A stretch of DNA of 53,537 nt, taken from contig JAZADD010000077.1 of assembly GCA_036124005.1 (NCBI GenBank), positions 1-53,537 on the forward strand, given 5' to 3'. Position 1 is the first letter of the stretch. Every line of letters begins with the position of its first letter. The notes under the pieces are model-generated. The model did not search any database and was not told the DNA's origin. It was given only the letters and a program-made list of their open reading frames with translations. The position numbers and the translations under genes were made by a program. Origin of the DNA: Thermoplasmatota archaeon (GTDB lineage Archaea; Thermoplasmatota; Poseidoniia; Poseidoniales; Thalassarchaeaceae). Positions 26,418 through 36,544 of the stretch are shown here, piece by piece.

Positions 26418-27971
26418 TCAAGGGTACCTCCGATTAAGGCGGTGGAACGGATCGTTTGGTGTCGTTCGTCCTAAATCTTCCACTACCGTTGCCCCTATAC
26501 TTCTACGATGGATGCCTAAATGCTCAGCTGCAGCAGCTATCAATAAGAGTGCATCAGATGGCATGGGAGCATTCCAATCCTCTGGATAATGGCGCTGTAT
26601 GAAACCAGTATCAGTTTCTCCCGCACGATATGCTGGATGAGATATAACATCAGAAAGAAAACCGATATTCGTGGTCGCACCGAGAACAACAAATTCAGAC
26701 AAAGCACTCGCCATACGACGGATTGCATGATCGCGATCTGAACCATGAACGATAAGTTTTGCAAGCATTGGATCGAAATCGATACGAGCCTCGTCACCCT
26801 CTCTAACTCCTGTATCTAGACGAATGCCCGGCCCCTCCGGCGGCCTAAACACCGCTAGAGGGCCAGTTGCAGGAAGAAATCCTTGAGAGGGATCCTCGGC
26901 ATAGATTCGGACTTCAATCGCATGACCACGAATAGTGAGATCTTCTTGGTTAAACGGAAGAAGAAGCCCAGCTGCAACACGGATCTGCTGTTCAACTAAG
27001 TCAACTCCAGTAATACATTCCGTGACAGGATGTTCAACTTGAAGACGGGTGTTCATTTCAAGAAAATAGAACGAGCCATCTGAAGCAAGAAGGAACTCTA
27101 CGGTTCCCGCACCCGCATAATCAACGGCAGCAGCGGCCGCAACAGCGGCATTACCCATCGCTAATCGTGTAGATGCATCTAGAACAGGGGACGGGGCTTC
27201 CTCGACCACCTTCTGATGACGCCTCTGAATCGAACATTCCCTTTCAAAAAGATGGACTGTGGAGCCGTGTAAATCAGCAAGAACTTGGACCTCAATATGG
27301 CGTGAACCATCCAATAGACGTTCGATGTACACTGTCCCGTCACCAAAAGCTGCCTGTGCCTCTCTTCGAGCAGCGAGAAACTCCTGCTGGAGGTTTTTGG
27401 GTTCATGAACAGCACGCATGCCCTTTCCCCCTCCTCCAGCACTCGCCTTCAGAAGTAGAGGGTAACCAACCTCCGTAGCTGCTGCCACAAGTGCATCGAT
27501 AAGCTGGTCCTCATTATCTGAATCAACAATCTCTTGGCCAGGAATTACTGGAACCCCTGCGTCCATCATTCGTCGGCGTGCTGTCACCTTATCTCCCATC
27601 GATTCAATGGCTTCAGCTGGCGGTCCAATCCAGATGATTCCAGCCTCTTGCACGGCACGAGCAAAGGCCGCACGTTCAGATAGGAAACCATAACCTGGAT
27701 GAATAGCATCTGCTCCACTGGAACGAGCTGCAGCAATAATGGACTCAATATTGAGGTAAGTATCCGCTAGGGTTTTGCCTTCCAGATGCACTACACTATC
27801 TGCAATCTCAGTATGCAACGCACCATAATCCGCATCGGATCGAATCGCAATACTTTCCAAACCCATCTCGTTACATGCACGTAGCACTCGACAAGCAATC
27901 TCACCTCGATTCGCAACGAGGACACTTCGGATAGGATGGGGGGCATCCTTCATCCAATCCAGTTGTGACAT
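26418..27971 (-). CDS. Biotin carboxylase subunit of acyl-CoA (methylcrotonyl-CoA-type) carboxylase
   Basis: Has VLVANRGEIACR, the ATP-grasp segment GYPLLLKASAGGGGKGMR, and EMNTRLQVEHPVTE. The ATG at 27971 (MSQLDWMKD) lies 5 nt after the hydratase stop and follows a GGAG. Confidence 0.9.
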   Translation of the reverse strand: MSQLDWMKDAPHPIRSVLVANRGEIACRVLRACNEMGLESIAIRSDADYGALHTEIADSVVHLEGKTLADTYLNIESIIAAARSSGADAIHPGYGFLSERAAFARAVQEAGIIWIGPPAEAIESMGDKVTARRRMMDAGVPVIPGQEIVDSDNEDQLIDALVAAATEVGYPLLLKASAGGGGKGMRAVHEPKNLQQEFLAARREAQAAFGDGTVYIERLLDGSRHIEVQVLADLHGSTVHLFERECSIQRRHQKVVEEAPSPVLDASTRLAMGNAAVAAAAAVDYAGAGTVEFLLASDGSFYFLEMNTRLQVEHPVTECITGVDLVEQQIRVAAGLLLPFNQEDLTIRGHAIEVRIYAEDPSQGFLPATGPLAVFRPPEGPGIRLDTGVREGDEARIDFDPMLAKLIVHGSDRDHAIRRMASALSEFVVLGATTNIGFLSDVISHPAYRAGETDTGFIQRHYPEDWNAPMPSDALLLIAAAAEHLGIHRRSIGATVVEDLGRTTPNDPFHRLNRRYP

Positions 27972-27976
27972 TGGGT

Positions 27977-28843
27977 TCACTCCGATTCGGGCTTCCAATT
28001 CGCAGGGCGTTTTTCCAAGAACGAAGAAAGGCCTTCCTGACCCTCATTGGAGCCTCGCATCTCGCTTGTCTTATCCAATGTCCAAAGTCGAAGATCTTCA
28101 TCTGTACTCTCCCAACGGTCAAAAATCAATGTCAGGCGCTTCGCTTCTGCCACAGCCATCGGACCCGTGGTAAGAACCTCATCAATGACTCCTGAGGCCG
28201 CTTCATGTGCTGCTTCCGGGCTCTCCTCGGCCTGATCAACCATGCCAATACGTAACGCCTCCTCAGCATCAATACGGCCTGCAAGCATGGCCAGTCGACG
28301 GAACTGGGATGACCCTACCCTTCGATAGACGTAAGGCCCAATCACTGCAGGAAGAATCCCAAGTTTTCCCTCAGACAGGGCAATCCGAGTGCGAGGTTCG
28401 ACTATGACATGGTCAAGACAGGCAACTAGGCCTGCACCTCCACCAAGAGCCACACCTTGTACGATACCAATTGTAAAGCATGGATGAGCCCACAACGTAT
28501 TGAACAGCCTGTCAAGGCGTTCTGAGTCAATCCGATTCTCTGCAGGACTCTTGGCTCCTGCATCTCGCATCATATTGATATCAGCACCAGCACAGAAATG
28601 TCGACCTTTTCCTGAGAATACTAACACACGGATGTAAGAATTGCCAGAATCATCGGATAGATTGCCCATCCGAGCAACTGAACGTTTCTCTGTCCAATCA
28701 AGCAAAGAAATAATCTCAGAAATCATCTGGATATTCATAGCATTGAACACATCTGGACGCATCAAAGTAAGACGGGCCACAGGGCCTTCAATTTCGAGGC
28801 TGCAGAGTTCTGTATCTGGAAGATTATCAGTCATCATTGTCAT
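27977..28843 (-). CDS. Enoyl-CoA hydratase/crotonase family protein (methylglutaconyl-CoA hydratase by context)
   Basis: Has the crotonase motif GKGRHFCAGADINMM and GVALGGGAGLVACLD. It sits between the carboxyltransferase and biotin carboxylase genes. Confidence 0.8.
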   Translation of the reverse strand: MTMMTDNLPDTELCSLEIEGPVARLTLMRPDVFNAMNIQMISEIISLLDWTEKRSVARMGNLSDDSGNSYIRVLVFSGKGRHFCAGADINMMRDAGAKSPAENRIDSERLDRLFNTLWAHPCFTIGIVQGVALGGGAGLVACLDHVIVEPRTRIALSEGKLGILPAVIGPYVYRRVGSSQFRRLAMLAGRIDAEEALRIGMVDQAEESPEAAHEAASGVIDEVLTTGPMAVAEAKRLTLIFDRWESTDEDLRLWTLDKTSEMRGSNEGQEGLSSFLEKRPANWKPESE

Positions 28844-28849
28844 TCAAAA

Positions 28850-30469
28850 TCACATCCTGAAAATCCCGAAATCCGTATCAGGCAAGGGCGCGTTAAGGCT
28901 CGCACTAATCGCAAGCCCAAGGACATCGCGAGTATCTCTCGGATCAATGATTCCATCATCCCAAAGACGTGCTGTGGAGTAGTAAGGGCTACCTTCCGTC
29001 TCATATTTCTCAAGGACTGGTGCTTCGAAAGCATCAACCTCTGCCTCAGTCATAGGATCTAAGCCCTCTCTTGACCTCTGATCTTGCTTCACCGTACTCA
29101 GTACCTGTGCCGCCTGAGGCCCTCCCATCACAGAAATACGTGCATTAGGCCACATAAACAGGAAACGGGGGTCATACGCCCTTCCACACATGCCATAATT
29201 ACCTGCACCATGAGAGCCTCCGATGATGACTGTAAACTTTGGAACTGGGACACAAGAAACCGCTGTAACGAGTTTAGCTCCATCCTTGGCGATTCCACCT
29301 GCTTCATACTCTCTACCAACCATGAAACCCGTGATATTCTGAAGGAAAACTAGGGGGACTCCACGCTGACCACAAAGTTCGACGAAATGGGCGCCCTTAA
29401 GGGATGATTCTGAAAACAGAATGCCATTGTTGGCAACAATTCCCACAGGGTATCCATGGATGCGAGCAAAACCGCATACTAGGCTTGCTCCATATCTAGG
29501 TTTGAACTCATGGAAACGTGAACCATCTACGATACGTGAGATAACCTCACGTACATCATACGGTGACCGGTTATCCTCAGGAATAATGCCAAGTAATTCC
29601 TCAGGGTCATTGCGCGGTGGTTCCGGTTCATGCACATCAAGTCGCGTCTTCGGCCCAGGATTGAGATTCTCAACGATGTTTCTAACCATACGTAGAGCTT
29701 CAGGTTCATCCTCAGCGAAATGATCAGCAACCCCTGAAAGACGCGTATGCACATCTGCGCCTCCAAGATCTTCGGCAGAAACCTCCTCTCCGGTCGCTGC
29801 CTTCACTAACGGTGGGCCTGCGAGGAATATCGTCCCATTGCCCTTGACAATAATCGATTCATCTGACATCGCAGGAACATAAGCACCTCCAGCGGTGCAT
29901 GAACCACATACAGCGGCAATCTGAGGAATTCCCTTTCCAGACATCATAGCCTGATTTCGGAATATTCGACCAAAGTGTCCCTTATCTGGAAACACTTCAT
30001 CCTGCATTGGTAGGAAGGCTCCTCCACTATCCACAAGATAGATGCAAGGAAGATGATTCTCCTCTGCAATTTCTTGCGCTCGGATGTGTTTCTTCACCGT
30101 CAGTGGGTAGTATGACCCCCCCTTCACAGTTGCATCGTTAGCAACGAACATACATTCTCGTCCATGAACGACACCGACTCCGGTAACGATTCCTGCAGAA
30201 ACCGCGCGACCGTCATAGAGTCCATGCGCAGCAAGTGGAGATGTTTCAAGAAATGGAGTTCCGGGGTCACATATTGCTTCAATGCGCTCCCTTGCTAATG
30301 CTTTCCCGCGACTACGGTGACGTTCAACGTACTTCTCCCCCCCACCAAGATGTGCGCGATCAATTGCCGCGCGGAGTTCGGAAATTAATGCCTCATTATG
30401 AGCTACCCGAGCAGCGTATGCCTCATCCGAACGATTGACGCGTGTCGGTAGGACATCCATGGCGAACAA
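28850..30469 (-). CDS. Acyl-CoA carboxylase carboxyltransferase (beta) subunit, methylcrotonyl-CoA carboxylase type
   Basis: Has [39 protein letters not shown] and a duplicated crotonase-like CT fold. The length is ~540 aa. Confidence 0.9.
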   Translation of the reverse strand: MFAMDVLPTRVNRSDEAYAARVAHNEALISELRAAIDRAHLGGGEKYVERHRSRGKALARERIEAICDPGTPFLETSPLAAHGLYDGRAVSAGIVTGVGVVHGRECMFVANDATVKGGSYYPLTVKKHIRAQEIAEENHLPCIYLVDSGGAFLPMQDEVFPDKGHFGRIFRNQAMMSGKGIPQIAAVCGSCTAGGAYVPAMSDESIIVKGNGTIFLAGPPLVKAATGEEVSAEDLGGADVHTRLSGVADHFAEDEPEALRMVRNIVENLNPGPKTRLDVHEPEPPRNDPEELLGIIPEDNRSPYDVREVISRIVDGSRFHEFKPRYGASLVCGFARIHGYPVGIVANNGILFSESSLKGAHFVELCGQRGVPLVFLQNITGFMVGREYEAGGIAKDGAKLVTAVSCVPVPKFTVIIGGSHGAGNYGMCGRAYDPRFLFMWPNARISVMGGPQAAQVLSTVKQDQRSREGLDPMTEAEVDAFEAPVLEKYETEGSPYYSTARLWDDGIIDPRDTRDVLGLAISASLNAPLPDTDFGIFRM

Positions 30470-30510
30470 TCCCTCGCAGAGCGAGACCGACCTTCAATGA
30501 AGCGGGAAGA

Positions 30511-31854
30511 TTAGACACCGAGGGCCATGCGGAACGCCCCCCTCAAACCAGGTGCAAGGCCGACTGTCATCAATGCGAGTGCCATGAGGATACGCAGATG
30601 ACGATAACGATATTCCCATCGCTGAAGAGCATAGAACCACCAAACAACGAAGCCTAGAGCAATCTTGAGGATTGTGAATCCATAGGCTGAACCAAAAAAT
30701 TCGATGACTGCGGCAGAGAGTACATGCTTCTCTCCATAATTATAGATCTCAATCCCCATTCCGGTAGCCACTCCATCGACTACTTGACCATAGATTGCAA
30801 GGAAGACAATTGGAGATGAAAGTACAGCCAACCCTGCCAAAGATTCCATGTCCGCATGATACTGTGTCCTCTCATTCTCGTAAGATGTCAGAGACAAGCT
30901 AGGAGGAAGAAGCCCCGGCACTGGGATTCCTCGACGACGAAGTTTCTCACGTGCCGGTAAAGAAAGGTAAGCGATTGGGAAAAAGAGGATTAAAGCCGGC
31001 AAAACCATTGACCAAAAGAGAACTTCGAGGTGCATCTCAGGGTTATTATCAATCGCTAATATTGTCCCAATATCTCCAGAAACCTCTAGTCCGGACATCA
31101 TCGCTGTATAGGCATGTAGGCAACCATACAATACTACACATCCACCTATACCAACTTGGAAGAGACCTTGCTCAACAGGCGTCCAACGTTCCATTATAGG
31201 ATGAGAAACAAGGATGAATAACGTAGCAAGAAGGCCTGCAATACCTACAGGCCAGAGATTCAAGTGCGCTTCCATAGGTGTGCCAATTCTTCCATCTTGG
31301 AGCGAGGTTAGGAAAAGAAGACCTTGAAAGGCAACCATCCCAATTGACATTCCAGTAACCCATGAACGATTTTCATTGTCACTCGCACGAGAAGCTACAA
31401 CTGATAGCCAACCGGTAGCAATTACCCAAAGAGCACCTTGGAAATGGATACCGGGTGAGACAAACCAAACTTGTAAGTCATCTCCAAAAAGAGATGCATC
31501 CTCAACAACCTCACCAAGAGCTGCCCAGAATACCCATGGGGTAAGAGCAAGAATCGTGCATTCCGTTGCAGGCATTCTGAGCCATCGCATTATTGCACCA
31601 ATGCAAATCACGCTAAGTATCAAAGTAACATTGTAAGCCATGGTGTTAATCTGATTGTAAGAACCGTCAGCTGAACTTTCAGCACGAATTGGATCAAGAA
31701 AGTAAGTATCGAGGAAACTCTGCAGAGTATTACTCGGAGAAATAAAAGCAAACAGAGTGATCAAAATTATGGTAGTGAGACAAAATATGGATGCTCGCTC
31801 CCACCAAGACAATTGATCATCCGGCAAACTCTCGCTTGTCCGGATAGCATCCAT
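30511..31854 (-). CDS. Polytopic membrane protein of unknown function (possibly DUF63-like)
   Basis: Has about 10 or more hydrophobic segments. The C-terminal YNYGEKHVLS...GLAPGLRGAFR segment reminds me of archaeal DUF63 proteins. This is unverified. Confidence 0.5.
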   Translation of the reverse strand: MDAIRTSESLPDDQLSWWERASIFCLTTIILITLFAFISPSNTLQSFLDTYFLDPIRAESSADGSYNQINTMAYNVTLILSVICIGAIMRWLRMPATECTILALTPWVFWAALGEVVEDASLFGDDLQVWFVSPGIHFQGALWVIATGWLSVVASRASDNENRSWVTGMSIGMVAFQGLLFLTSLQDGRIGTPMEAHLNLWPVGIAGLLATLFILVSHPIMERWTPVEQGLFQVGIGGCVVLYGCLHAYTAMMSGLEVSGDIGTILAIDNNPEMHLEVLFWSMVLPALILFFPIAYLSLPAREKLRRRGIPVPGLLPPSLSLTSYENERTQYHADMESLAGLAVLSSPIVFLAIYGQVVDGVATGMGIEIYNYGEKHVLSAAVIEFFGSAYGFTILKIALGFVVWWFYALQRWEYRYRHLRILMALALMTVGLAPGLRGAFRMALGV

Positions 31855-31905
31855 GTCAATTCGAACCCTGTCTGGATGATGACCGTTACGCTGAAAGATA
31901 TCGAA

Positions 31906-32739
31906 TCATTCCTCTTCAGAACCGACAGAAGATAGACGCTCAATCAAATCCGCTTTCTTTCCACCAACGGGTAAACCGGCCGCCTTGCAGCGTTCCTTGA
32001 GTTCGGCTACTGATAGTGAGGAGAAATCCTCGTCACTAGCGCCATCGTTCTCATCCTCGACCTTCATGGGTTCGTGAACCTCACGGAAAATGATTGTCTC
32101 AACGCCAACGTGATCCCTAAGGGTTCGAATCAATCCGAATTTGGTGTATGCCCAATTTTGGTCATAAGAAACGAACTCAGGAAGCGTAATCGTGAGATTG
32201 TCACCATCAAAGGAGCACTCAAAGCCATCACGGCCGGTGTTAGTCTCAAGTAGAGTTGTGACCTTTTCTGCACGGTCTGATACGACCTTGGTAATACGGT
32301 ACTCGTAACGCAACGTGACACCAGCCAAAGCGTGATTGAAGTCAATGCTCGCTCGACCAGAACGGAACGACTTGAGAATCCCGGTGCGCCCACCAATCTC
32401 AACCACGCCGCCGATTTGAAGGCTTTCAGGATCACTAACTGCCCGAGATAACTGCTGGAGGCTCATGACTTCAATTGCACCCGGATCACGCTCGCCATAA
32501 GCTTCAGCAGGCGGAATATCGAACTTGTAATCCTTATCTCCTTCAGCCTCAAGCAGGTGCGCCTCAAAGCCAGCAATGAGACGTCCATCTCCGACCACAG
32601 TGATAAGTGGAGAATAAGTGCGCCCAGGCTCAGCCTTGTCGTTTTCCTCTGCAACGTGTTGACGGGTTGTCTCGATGAGATCCTCCGTATCTGCATTGTA
32701 GAGGTCGTAATCGATGTGGACGATGGAACCGCTCTCCAT
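31906..32739 (-). CDS. FKBP-type peptidyl-prolyl cis-trans isomerase (long archaeal SlyD/FKBP type) with C-terminal SAP/HeH-like motif
   Basis: N-terminus: VHIDYDLYN...VVGDGRLIAGFEAHLLEAE...FDIPPAEAYGERDP. C-terminus: LSVAELKERCKAAGLPVGGKKADLIERL. A GGAGGT lies upstream of the ATG. Confidence 0.8.
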   Translation of the reverse strand: MESGSIVHIDYDLYNADTEDLIETTRQHVAEENDKAEPGRTYSPLITVVGDGRLIAGFEAHLLEAEGDKDYKFDIPPAEAYGERDPGAIEVMSLQQLSRAVSDPESLQIGGVVEIGGRTGILKSFRSGRASIDFNHALAGVTLRYEYRITKVVSDRAEKVTTLLETNTGRDGFECSFDGDNLTITLPEFVSYDQNWAYTKFGLIRTLRDHVGVETIIFREVHEPMKVEDENDGASDEDFSSLSVAELKERCKAAGLPVGGKKADLIERLSSVGSEEE

Positions 32740-32842
32740 AATTTGTTACCTCCCTTGAGGGATGACCGCGCGACCTGCTTCCCCCTTATGAGAGTGGCCC
32801 TTGAAAAATCAGAAGAATTCGTGTAGATTCGGAAATTTGGCC

Positions 32843-35212
32843 TTACTCCGATTCATCGGATTTTATGGTGACGTCTCTACTAATCAACGTCATCATAGAA
32901 CCTGTAATGATCATTAACCAACCCATCCAGACCAAATGGCTCCCTGGCAAGTCATAAACGGTTAACCGAACCCTATCTACCTCATCCAGACCTCCAAGCA
33001 TTCCATCGTTCATGACTAGATACATCTGATTAAGATCGAGAATCATGATAATATCTCCATCCCACATCACTAGACGGTCTACCTCTGAACGAGGAGTAAT
33101 AGCACCACTTTCAGCATCAAAGCGGAGTACTCCCGGACGAACTTCTCCGAGAGAATTTCCTTTCGTATCTTCAACATCTATGACAATACCAAAGAAGGCG
33201 TCGCCAATATTGAATCGGTTATCGAATAACGGTTCACCTCGAACCGAGGTCTCAATATCCATCATGGTGAAAATTAGATCTCCATGTTGGACAGGTTCAT
33301 CCCGAATCAATGTCACCTGATGACTGGGGTCAACACGATCAACAAGAGTAGTAGTGAGCACATGGCCAATCAGTAACAGTAGAATGCCTGCATGTGCAAT
33401 GTGAGATGCGAGACGAAGTAAAGTCGGTGGACGGTGAACGGATGCAGAAGAGCGCGCTTTGATTTCTATGATAAGTTCTGCAAAAGCAGGAAGGGCTGCA
33501 AGGATGAGCCAAACCAACAGGAATCGGGCTATTTCGCCCCGGGTGATTGATGTTGAAATCAGTTGATCGGCATTACCTGGTAGAGGTAAATAGGCTCCCC
33601 CTATCCATGCAGAAGAGATTGATAGGAATAAGCCAAATCCAAGCACATACCAACGTTGCTTCGCACTTGAACGGCGAAGTGAATAGGAAAGAAGACCGGC
33701 GGCTAGTAAGCCAAGAAGTATGGCGCCGAATGCCTCGTGAGCTTCCGGAGAGGGACCATCTATTTCTGCAAGGAGAAGTAACCAGGTCAGCAAGAGGAAT
33801 GAACCACCGCCTGCAAGGGGAACAAAGAGGGTTAGACGCCGAATATTCGGGCGTTGATTTGGAGTATCCTCATCAGGAGCAAGCAACCAAGGAAGAAGGA
33901 ATAGTAGCATCCCAAGGCCTGCTTCCACGGTCTCAAGATGCCACGACCATCTTGAGAATAGCATGATGATTACACCTACACTGGACCATAGGACAGTATG
34001 GACTCTATCGTGAATCATTAGAATCAGAACAGGAATTGCAATGATTGCAACAGACAAAGAGGCAGATCGGATATGTATTACAGAAAGTCCGATTAGAATC
34101 CCATATGCGAGGACTGGGCGACGAGTAAGTAGAGTGTCGGCACCCGAAATGTGGACTCTTCTGGCCTGATTACGTGCTAGAAGCAAGGTCGCAGCACCCA
34201 GAAGTATCAGCATCGTTGTGAATTCGAGAAGCACCTCAACGCCTTCGACTCCTTCGGACCATAGGCTTAGAACTCGAAGATAGGCATCGTCTGGTAGAGC
34301 TGCCTCCGTATCTGATACGACAAAGGCATGGACCGATGCCCAAACCCCATTCGCCCGAGTTACCAATGTAGAATGCATAGCGAGTGCTCCGGTTAGTAAA
34401 CCGAGAGCTGGTGCCCATTCCACAGCGGATTCCCGGCCATCAGGACGAGGAGTCATACGAACATGGATGACAAGAAGAGCTGCGAGCCACGGAAGAAACG
34501 ATGCCGTTTCAACAGGATCCCAAGCCCAATATCCTCCCCAATCCAAGACTGTGTAAGCCCACAATCCTCCTAGTCCAATACCAACGGTGCCTGCGAAAAA
34601 TGCCGCTCTTGCCGCTGGAAGTTGCTCCTCATGTATCGAATAATGTTCGGAGCCGTTAATCATCCCCTCAAGAGAAATGGAGCCAACCAACAAACACAAT
34701 GCATAGAAGGAAAACACAATCGGTGGATGAATAACCATCAAATCAGTCTGCAAATAGACATTAAGTTCGTGACGTGTAGCATCTGGATCGAATTCGAAAG
34801 GTTGCAAAAGTAGGGCGATTAGCAAAATCATCATGCTCAAGGAATGCATCACGACTCCGGAACCCAATCGGTTTCTTATCGAAGCATCATCTGGCCTACG
34901 ACTCCACCAAAGTCGCACCAATGCAAGCCAAGCAACCCATAGAAGAAGAGGGCCGGCGCGTCCGGCCCAAGCAGCCGAGACACGGTAATGGATTGGTAGA
35001 TTCGGCGAACCGTGGGAACGAACCAATCTAAGAGCATCGTAATCCACGATGAAGGCCGCAATGAGCACCATAAACGGCAGTGATTGGATACCGAGAATCC
35101 AGAACTCCTTAGGATGAGGCGAACGATTAGTCACGCCATGATGGATAGCGAAACAAGTCGCTGTAAGAGCCCCGCCAATGAGGACGACATCCAACCACAT
35201 CTCTGAACCCAT
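32843..35212 (-). CDS. ccmF: Cytochrome c-type biogenesis protein CcmF-like (haem lyase/haem-handling membrane protein)
   Basis: Has the WWD-type tryptophan-rich motif WGGYWAWDPVE, about 15 TM segments and a C-terminal periplasmic-type domain. Confidence 0.75.
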   Translation of the reverse strand: MGSEMWLDVVLIGGALTATCFAIHHGVTNRSPHPKEFWILGIQSLPFMVLIAAFIVDYDALRLVRSHGSPNLPIHYRVSAAWAGRAGPLLLWVAWLALVRLWWSRRPDDASIRNRLGSGVVMHSLSMMILLIALLLQPFEFDPDATRHELNVYLQTDLMVIHPPIVFSFYALCLLVGSISLEGMINGSEHYSIHEEQLPAARAAFFAGTVGIGLGGLWAYTVLDWGGYWAWDPVETASFLPWLAALLVIHVRMTPRPDGRESAVEWAPALGLLTGALAMHSTLVTRANGVWASVHAFVVSDTEAALPDDAYLRVLSLWSEGVEGVEVLLEFTTMLILLGAATLLLARNQARRVHISGADTLLTRRPVLAYGILIGLSVIHIRSASLSVAIIAIPVLILMIHDRVHTVLWSSVGVIIMLFSRWSWHLETVEAGLGMLLFLLPWLLAPDEDTPNQRPNIRRLTLFVPLAGGGSFLLLTWLLLLAEIDGPSPEAHEAFGAILLGLLAAGLLSYSLRRSSAKQRWYVLGFGLFLSISSAWIGGAYLPLPGNADQLISTSITRGEIARFLLVWLILAALPAFAELIIEIKARSSASVHRPPTLLRLASHIAHAGILLLLIGHVLTTTLVDRVDPSHQVTLIRDEPVQHGDLIFTMMDIETSVRGEPLFDNRFNIGDAFFGIVIDVEDTKGNSLGEVRPGVLRFDAESGAITPRSEVDRLVMWDGDIIMILDLNQMYLVMNDGMLGGLDEVDRVRLTVYDLPGSHLVWMGWLMIITGSMMTLISRDVTIKSDESE

Positions 35213-35256
35213 TTGTCCACGTGTTGCGACGACTCAATAGGGCATCGGCTGAAGGG

Positions 35257-36483
35257 TCACCAGCCGTAGTGCTTCGCCCGGCTATATCCGAAAGCGAGCA
35301 TTGCAGGAATTATGCCTCTAAGGTAAAGCCAGGGGCGTCGGAAGAGAAGACGAAAGCCGACCATTGCCTTACCTAGTAGGCCCATGTTGCCCATTTCCTC
35401 TGGAAAACAACGCCCCATAATTGACATGTCGCGGTCACTAAGAGCATAGAGGGCTTGCTTCCCACGGAGAATTTTGTGATAAGGTGGAAACTCCGCCTTC
35501 CAGCGCGCAGGATATGGAGAAAGAGCCTCTGCAGAGACATCGTCTGCAGCGATTGCTTCCGCAGCCGTTAGAGCTGCAAACTGTGCAGATTTCAGCGCAA
35601 GATGAGAACCCCCTTCGAATAGAGGAGAGGTAAAACCAGCTGCATCACCGACCAACATCAATCCATCAGCATGTGTAGAATCATGTGGACCAGAGATTGG
35701 GATTGTTCCACCAAAACCACGAATCTTACGACCATCAGTTCGCCAAGGTGGATTAGTAACTTCCAGATTGTTGAATTCAGTATCAGCAATGAAACGGTCC
35801 AATTCTCGTACCGCACCCTTACGATCCTCTGTAACAAGACCAACGTTCGCACGCCCATCACACTTAGGAATCATCCAAAGGTAACCCTTCTCGGCATACT
35901 GAGGCCAAATATAGAAATCTAGATAATCATCAGTGGGGACCTCAAGCATCTCATACTGCATGCCTGCAATGACCTTTGGATGATTGTTGAGTTTGAGCAT
36001 CTTTGAACATACTCCAGCAACACCTGATGCATCGATGACTATTCGAGTTTCAATCGGGAAGACGTCACCCTTTCCATCACAACGATAACCAATGAAGCGA
36101 CCATCAATTTCCATGCGCTCCATAGATCGTAAGCGATTCCCTAGATGAAGCGTGGCTCCTGCAGAAACAGCCTCATCTGCGAGCCATTGCTCGAAGAGAT
36201 GCTTTTCAAGGACGTATCCATGTTCCGTGAGACGTTTCTTCGTACCATCAGGGAATATGACTCGAATCCCATGAACACGTTTGCTAATTACAGATTCAGG
36301 GATATTGAGATTCAAATTCGCAACCGCAACATCCGATATACATTCGCCACAGTGAACGGGGGTTCCAATTTCCCCATGATCCTCGATTAACATGACTTTC
36401 AATCCAGCACGTGCAGCATGAAGGGCAGCGGATCCGCCACCCGGGCCAGCTCCAACAACCAGCACGTCACATTGAGTGGCCAT
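35257..36483 (-). CDS. Geranylgeranyl reductase family FAD-dependent oxidoreductase
   Basis: Has the dinucleotide-binding motif DVLVVGAGPGGGSAALHAARAGLKVMLIE, plus the CGE...LVGDAAG pattern and a length typical of the family. Confidence 0.85.
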   Translation of the reverse strand: MATQCDVLVVGAGPGGGSAALHAARAGLKVMLIEDHGEIGTPVHCGECISDVAVANLNLNIPESVISKRVHGIRVIFPDGTKKRLTEHGYVLEKHLFEQWLADEAVSAGATLHLGNRLRSMERMEIDGRFIGYRCDGKGDVFPIETRIVIDASGVAGVCSKMLKLNNHPKVIAGMQYEMLEVPTDDYLDFYIWPQYAEKGYLWMIPKCDGRANVGLVTEDRKGAVRELDRFIADTEFNNLEVTNPPWRTDGRKIRGFGGTIPISGPHDSTHADGLMLVGDAAGFTSPLFEGGSHLALKSAQFAALTAAEAIAADDVSAEALSPYPARWKAEFPPYHKILRGKQALYALSDRDMSIMGRCFPEEMGNMGLLGKAMVGFRLLFRRPWLYLRGIIPAMLAFGYSRAKHYGW

Positions 36484-36544
36484 ATTCGGAGTGAGGGGGG
36501 CTCAGGTCATCAATTAGTCGCCGTGATTCAGTACGAACCTTATC

